The notes beneath the pieces were generated by a model that was given only the letters and a program-made list of their open reading frames with translations, ran no database searches and had not been told where the DNA came from. A stretch of DNA of 28,638 nucleotides from a virus. Lineage: Duplodnaviria; Caudoviricetes. The DNA lies in IMG/VR virus record IMGVR_UViG_3300035164_000372, positions 1-28,638 of that record, one strand, 5' to 3'. The translations under genes and the position numbers were made by a program. How positions within the stretch are numbered: position 1 is the stretch's first letter; each line of letters starts with the position of its first letter. Below, piece after piece: positions 24,701-28,638 of the stretch.

Positions 24701-24739
24701 ATTTACCTCCATTTATTTGATTAATTAAAAGATTTTTCA

Positions 24740-25129
24740 TTACGCCACCTCCTCTTCTTGGTTAAGTAAATCATTAAGTTTTTTTAAAAAATACAAAGCA
24801 GCCTGTGCTTTACCTTTATCTTTATAAAAGATCCTTTTAGTTGAGCCGTGTCTAGGATAGTCAGCTAAACTTTCGTCGTGGAGAAGATCGTAATCCTCAA
24901 GCAAGTTTAAATAAGCGTTGGCATCATAATGAGCTTGTATGCCATCCATATAATCAACAAGTCTCATGCCTGTCATTTTGTTTGGTAACTTGATGCTGTA
25001 CTCCGGGAAATTGTCTTTTCTCCCGTTTTTTTCATCATAATTATAAGCGTCTTTAACTATCTCTAATTCGACGTTCATAAACTCGTCATATTCATCAGAA
25101 TATTTTGTAACACATAAAAAATTTTTCAA
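24740..25129 (-). CDS. Hypothetical acidic phage protein (cassette B)
   Basis: 129 aa, TTG start 6 nt after GGAGG, ends EEEVA. Confidence 0.75.
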   Translation of the reverse strand: MKNFLCVTKYSDEYDEFMNVELEIVKDAYNYDEKNGRKDNFPEYSIKLPNKMTGMRLVDYMDGIQAHYDANAYLNLLEDYDLLHDESLADYPRHGSTKRIFYKDKGKAQAALYFLKKLNDLLNQEEEVA

Positions 25130-25130
25130 T

Positions 25131-25215
25131 TTTTACCTCCATTGATTTGATTAATTAATTGTCCCACATGGTTATGATACCAAAGTTGCTAAAAATTGCA
25201 ACTATTTATAAACAA
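25131..25215 (-). promoter_or_regulatory. Cassette promoter/leader, copy 2
   Basis: TTGCAA-16 nt-TATCAT with TG extension, leader TGTGGGACAATTAATTAATCAAA, GGAGG RBS; homologous to 5081-5165. Confidence 0.8.
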
Positions 25216-25235
25216 ATAATTTAATAAAATTAGAC

Positions 25236-25262
25236 AAAAAAAAGGGCCCCGTAGGGCCCTTT
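25236..25262 (-). terminator. Intrinsic terminator downstream of the major capsid gene
   Basis: AAAGGGCCC-TACG-GGGCCCTTT plus T-run on the minus strand; UNCG-type tetraloop. Confidence 0.9.
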
Positions 25263-25298
25263 GTAACACTGAGTAAAAAAGTGTGTTACGACTTCAAA

Positions 25299-26216
25299 TT
25301 ACGCGCCTTGAGATCCGTAGATTCCTCTCCAATCAGAAAAACCAAACGAATATCTTTCTCTAGCTTTATATCTAATATTGCCTGTTGAAAAGTCTGGCTC
25401 CATAGATGTCTCCATTGGAGATCTTTGGAACATTTTTAGACCTTCGCCCATACTGTTAACAGATGTAAGAATGAAAAAAGCATCAGGATCAGATAGGTAA
25501 TGATTGACAACGTAACCGCCAGGTAAAACACCTGTGTTTCTGATTGCGTTGATGTCATTATCTGCTGTTCCAGATCTTTGAGTTGAGCTTAATATTCTGT
25601 CTGCAACGAAGACTAATTGTGGTGGTATCACCAGTTTGTCTGCTTGCACAGAAATAGTTAAACCTCTATCGTCTGTGAACGTAGATATATCAATTAAAGC
25701 ATCCTCTAACGAAGCTTCATTAAGGTCTGCCATCGTAGTTGCTCTATTCGCAGCTGTTCCACCACCAGCTAAGGGGTGAGCAGTGTTGATAAGAGATACG
25801 CCATCACCTCCAGTAAAACTAGATGAAAAAGCGTTATTTAGTACGTCAGCGCCTTTGACTTCTTTGGTGTTAGCCATAGATTTAGCCAATGCTTTAACAT
25901 ATCTTTTACCTAGAGAGTCATAAAGGTTGTCCTCGACCGCTTCTTCTGTAAGTGCAAAAGCCAACGCAACTGTGTCGTGCGTGTATCTTGCGCTAAAACT
26001 TTCAGAAGCATTGTCAAATTCAACGCCTTGTCCCTCTGATTTTACGGGTGCGCCGCCAAAACCAGTGACTAGCACTTCTTCTTCAAACGCCCTGTTTGAA
26101 TCCTCAATCACAAAAATATCTTCATATTCTTGGTCGTAAGAATCATAGGACATACCAAAAAGTGCATTAAGTCCTGGTTCAAGCTCTTTCGCTAATTGTG
26201 CTCTTGAAATTGCCAT
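25299..26216 (-). CDS. Major capsid protein (Mu gpT-like family, HK97 fold inferred)
   Basis: MAISRAQLAKELEPGLNALFG, LTEEAVEDNLY, GGDGVSL..TAHP, KLVIPPQL, YKARERYSFGFSDWRG; AAGGAG RBS and downstream terminator. Confidence 0.92.
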   Translation of the reverse strand: MAISRAQLAKELEPGLNALFGMSYDSYDQEYEDIFVIEDSNRAFEEEVLVTGFGGAPVKSEGQGVEFDNASESFSARYTHDTVALAFALTEEAVEDNLYDSLGKRYVKALAKSMANTKEVKGADVLNNAFSSSFTGGDGVSLINTAHPLAGGGTAANRATTMADLNEASLEDALIDISTFTDDRGLTISVQADKLVIPPQLVFVADRILSSTQRSGTADNDINAIRNTGVLPGGYVVNHYLSDPDAFFILTSVNSMGEGLKMFQRSPMETSMEPDFSTGNIRYKARERYSFGFSDWRGIYGSQGA

Positions 26217-26228
26217 TTAATTAACTCC

Positions 26229-26816
26229 TTATGCTAAACCAGCACCTTTTTGTCCCATGATGTGATTCTGTATCACGCATAGTACATTGGTGTTGGACGA
26301 TGCAACATCGTCGTTATTCGGATCCTGGGAAATGTCAATACATTTAAGAGGTAACGTTGCGGTGGTAGCACCGGTGGTTACGTCTAGCTCTGCATTGGAT
26401 CTTCCAGACTTAGTGTCGCCTACTGGTGATCCGTCAACGATGTCAAAATTTCCGAACAAGTCGGCGACAGGAAAAGTGTCGTCTGCTTGTACTTCAAAAA
26501 CAACGTTAGGATCATCAATAACGCTTGCGATTATATCCGAAGCAGCAATACTGCCAGGATAATAGTTATTAAAAACTTGCTCGCCCGTAGTGGGATCGGT
26601 GTATTGAACACCATTAAACACTCCGACAATGGGAACAGTACCAGTGGCCGTATGACGCCCCAATACACCGGCTGTTAGTTGTGTAACTAAATCGCCTTGA
26701 AATATTGGTGTAGTAGCGCCACTAGCAATCCTGTACCTGGATTGTCCTCCAGAGTATGGTGCTCCGCCCATTTGACGAACAGGTTTTAAACCAAAAGCGG
26801 CATCTTTATTTGCCAT
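26229..26816 (-). CDS. Putative capsid decoration/minor capsid protein
   Basis: MANKDAAFGLKPV, IFQGDLV, GVFNGVQYTDP, VIDDPNVVFEVQ; directly upstream of the capsid gene. Confidence 0.7.
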   Translation of the reverse strand: MANKDAAFGLKPVRQMGGAPYSGGQSRYRIASGATTPIFQGDLVTQLTAGVLGRHTATGTVPIVGVFNGVQYTDPTTGEQVFNNYYPGSIAASDIIASVIDDPNVVFEVQADDTFPVADLFGNFDIVDGSPVGDTKSGRSNAELDVTTGATTATLPLKCIDISQDPNNDDVASSNTNVLCVIQNHIMGQKGAGLA

Positions 26817-26840
26817 AAGATTTACTCCTATTTATCTGTG

Positions 26841-27320
26841 TTACTTTTTCCCAAAAGTAACATTAGACTTTCGATCAGAGTCATACTTAACGTAACGGCC
26901 GTCTTTTCTAGTTTCGTTAAACATATTATTGTCTAACGCATCTTTTTTTCGGGCAGTTTGATCCTCATAATAAGCGTTACGCTCCTCACGAGTTTCTGTT
27001 GGTATTTTCGCCAATAAAAGTCCTTCACTATAAACTAAGCCAGCATGTCTACCAGTTTCAGCAATGGGGTAGGAGTATTCATCAGGTAAATCGGAACCTC
27101 TTACGAGCTCCCAACCTTCTCTAATTCTCCTGGCCACATTAGCTTTATCCTCTACTCCCAACATGGATTCTCTTATCCAACGATATTCGTATCCTTCTGG
27201 TGGTTGAGGAGTCTCTAGTTTCCTTACAGGCCTCCATGGTTGTCTACGAGCTTGTTTATCGTGAGTCTCGGATTCACGGGATTTTCTGGTATGTGCATTA
27301 TCGCTATTTTGCTCAGTCAT
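26841..27320 (-). CDS. Conserved head-module protein
   Basis: PPEGYEYRWIR, REGWELVR, GLLLAKIP...ERNAYY; lies between scaffold and capsid genes. Confidence 0.75.
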   Translation of the reverse strand: MTEQNSDNAHTRKSRESETHDKQARRQPWRPVRKLETPQPPEGYEYRWIRESMLGVEDKANVARRIREGWELVRGSDLPDEYSYPIAETGRHAGLVYSEGLLLAKIPTETREERNAYYEDQTARKKDALDNNMFNETRKDGRYVKYDSDRKSNVTFGKK

Positions 27321-28231
27321 TTTGCCTCCCTATTCGCTATACGTTGTTTTTCTTTAGCAACAGATTTTAACCACGCTTCATCTGTCATGCCGTGTGGTTT
27401 CAATCCTTGTAGAGTCTCGACTTCACTTTTAGTAAAACGCACGCCGTTCTCTTTGCCTTGTGTTTTTTGCCGACTCCCTACGGAAGCTGAGGCGACTCTT
27501 TGCACAGCGGGCCTATCCTCTTTTTTTTCGGCATTATCAGATCTTAGATCTGGATAAACTTTGTAAATTCTACTACTTAACTCATCGTAGTATTCATCTG
27601 ATTCTAAATCATAACCCTCTCCCGCTAAAGTATTATGGACATGTTCTGCCCAGGCAGTAGCTTCTTGATTTTGGTCAAACCAGGGATTACTTTCCTTCCA
27701 CTCCAGAGCTTTTGTTGATGGCTGTACTTGTTGCGGCTGTTGCTGCAACTGTGTCGGTACTTGCTCTTGACCAGGTGTAGAGCTCTGTTGTGTTAATTGT
27801 TCTTGTCTTTGTTGTGCTATGCGTACTCTTTCTTTTTCCAGAGCGACTTCACCTTTTAGTGTATCGGCTTTAGATAAAAGCTCTGCATCGCCAGAAGCGT
27901 GAGCTTTTTTATAAAGTTCGTTGGCTTCTCTCTCTTTAATTTCTACAGTTTCAGCCTGTTTAGCTAACAAAGACTGTTGAGCTTGCGAAGCTTGCTGATA
28001 GTAAGCATGAACCTCAGCCTCTCTTTGTTTTAGAGCTGCCTCTAGTTGCGCAGCCCTTTCCTCAGTTTCTCTGTTTCTTTGATTTAATTTATTTATACGT
28101 TTAGAAACACTTTTGGTGTAATTTTCTAACTCTTCATCACTGGACGCTTCTTGTTCTGGCGTATCAGTAACTTCTACCTCTATATCCTCAACCTCTGGTT
28201 GATTCGTATTTACGTCGTTTTCTGGTGTCAT
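27317..28231 (-). CDS. Putative capsid scaffolding protein
   Basis: Acidic N-terminus, long coiled coil (YTKSVSKRINKL), W..SNPWF, basic C-terminal helix; position upstream of capsid genes. Confidence 0.72.
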   Translation of the reverse strand: MTPENDVNTNQPEVEDIEVEVTDTPEQEASSDEELENYTKSVSKRINKLNQRNRETEERAAQLEAALKQREAEVHAYYQQASQAQQSLLAKQAETVEIKEREANELYKKAHASGDAELLSKADTLKGEVALEKERVRIAQQRQEQLTQQSSTPGQEQVPTQLQQQPQQVQPSTKALEWKESNPWFDQNQEATAWAEHVHNTLAGEGYDLESDEYYDELSSRIYKVYPDLRSDNAEKKEDRPAVQRVASASVGSRQKTQGKENGVRFTKSEVETLQGLKPHGMTDEAWLKSVAKEKQRIANREAK

Positions 28232-28638
28232 AAGCTTACTATATCATCAGGATTAAGAATCGTGGCTATTACCTCATCATCATTTATGATTCGGACCTCC
28301 GCACCATCCTCAAGTTTAAACCTAGAGCCAGAGTAGCGCCCTATTAAAACCCATTGTTTTTCTTCACACCAAGGTTTATCTCCAAATCTTGCGCTGTCGT
28401 TATAGCACTGTGGGCCCATTTTCACTACATAAGCCACCACAGTTGCCAGGGCCTCGCGATCTTTTGTCTCTTTTGCTAAAACTATTCCGCCTTTTGTTCT
28501 CAATTTACCCGCGTAAGGCAAAACCAAAATTCTCCATCCTGTGGGTTGAGGCATGCGATCTAATATGGACGCATCTAACTTTTCAGGATCTAAAACTCTA
28601 TCTTCCGGATTTATGTATGCTTCTGCTACTTTTTTTGT
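28228..28638 (-). CDS. groES: GroES/Cpn10-like co-chaperonin; 5' end outside window
   Basis: PQPTGWRILV, TKGGIVL, VVKMGP, WVLIGRYSG, RIINDDEVIA; frame is open from 28554 to the window end. Confidence 0.9.
   Translation of the reverse strand, partial: TKKVAEAYINPEDRVLDPEKLDASILDRMPQPTGWRILVLPYAGKLRTKGGIVLAKETKDREALATVVAYVVKMGPQCYNDSARFGDKPWCEEKQWVLIGRYSGSRFKLEDGAEVRIINDDEVIATILNPDDIVSL

Larger units (their letters stand above)
1..28638. mobile_element. Segment of a tailed dsDNA bacteriophage genome (podovirus-like morphogenesis module plus replication module)
   Basis: Major capsid, scaffold, adaptor/nozzle-like and internal virion genes are co-oriented and tightly packed; primase-helicase, SSB-like and RecE-like genes are present; no cellular housekeeping genes seen. 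Confidence 0.97.

Noticed and set aside
6749-28336. Many plus-strand ORFs (e.g. 7925-8512, 8552-9073, 12685-12963, 20548-21117)
   Set aside because: Antisense shadows of Gly/Ala-rich minus-strand genes with no independent motifs or RBS
1-28638. Alternative genetic code or stop-codon readthrough
   Set aside because: Standard code gives dense, full-length, coupled ORFs ending in TAA, TAG and TGA

Overview
The whole window is part of a tailed dsDNA phage genome, about 40% GC by eye, with an organisation like uncultured marine podovirus-type phages. The host cannot be named from the sequence. Left end: a Toprim primase/VapE-type helicase fusion (minus strand, runs off the window, missed by the ORF track), divergent from a replication/recombination operon (SSB-like protein, DUF6378-like protein, 2OG-Fe(II) oxygenase, RecE-like exonuclease). 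From 28638 down to 6387 the minus strand carries the morphogenesis module: GroES-like co-chaperonin, scaffold, capsid-associated genes, major capsid protein, a cluster of small Lys/Gly-rich proteins, adaptor/nozzle genes, a glycosyltransferase-like gene, large internal/ejection proteins and an HNH protein. Two cassettes of small accessory genes (4064-5170 and 23407-25220) lie 20 kb apart. They share a homologous promoter/leader (63/80 nt identical, ungapped) and a repeated gene-junction motif encoding 'EVA-stop'. Most notable hypotheses: (1) an intergenic RNA hairpin at 2219-2271 whose loop is complementary, in two blocks, to the 5' ends and Shine-Dalgarno sequences of both cassette leaders, a candidate trans-acting antisense switch; (2) a recurrent [MFY]-x-x-G-G motif across many virion-associated proteins, alongside two tape-measure-like 'GE[FV]V' domains, a candidate processing/targeting system; (3) a lysyl-hydroxylase-like enzyme co-occurring with an X-K-G repeat protein and a glycosyltransferase-like gene. 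All protein family calls are by-eye motif recognition, not database searches. No tRNA, rRNA, CRISPR array, integrase, terminase, portal, lysin or tail fibre gene was recognised.
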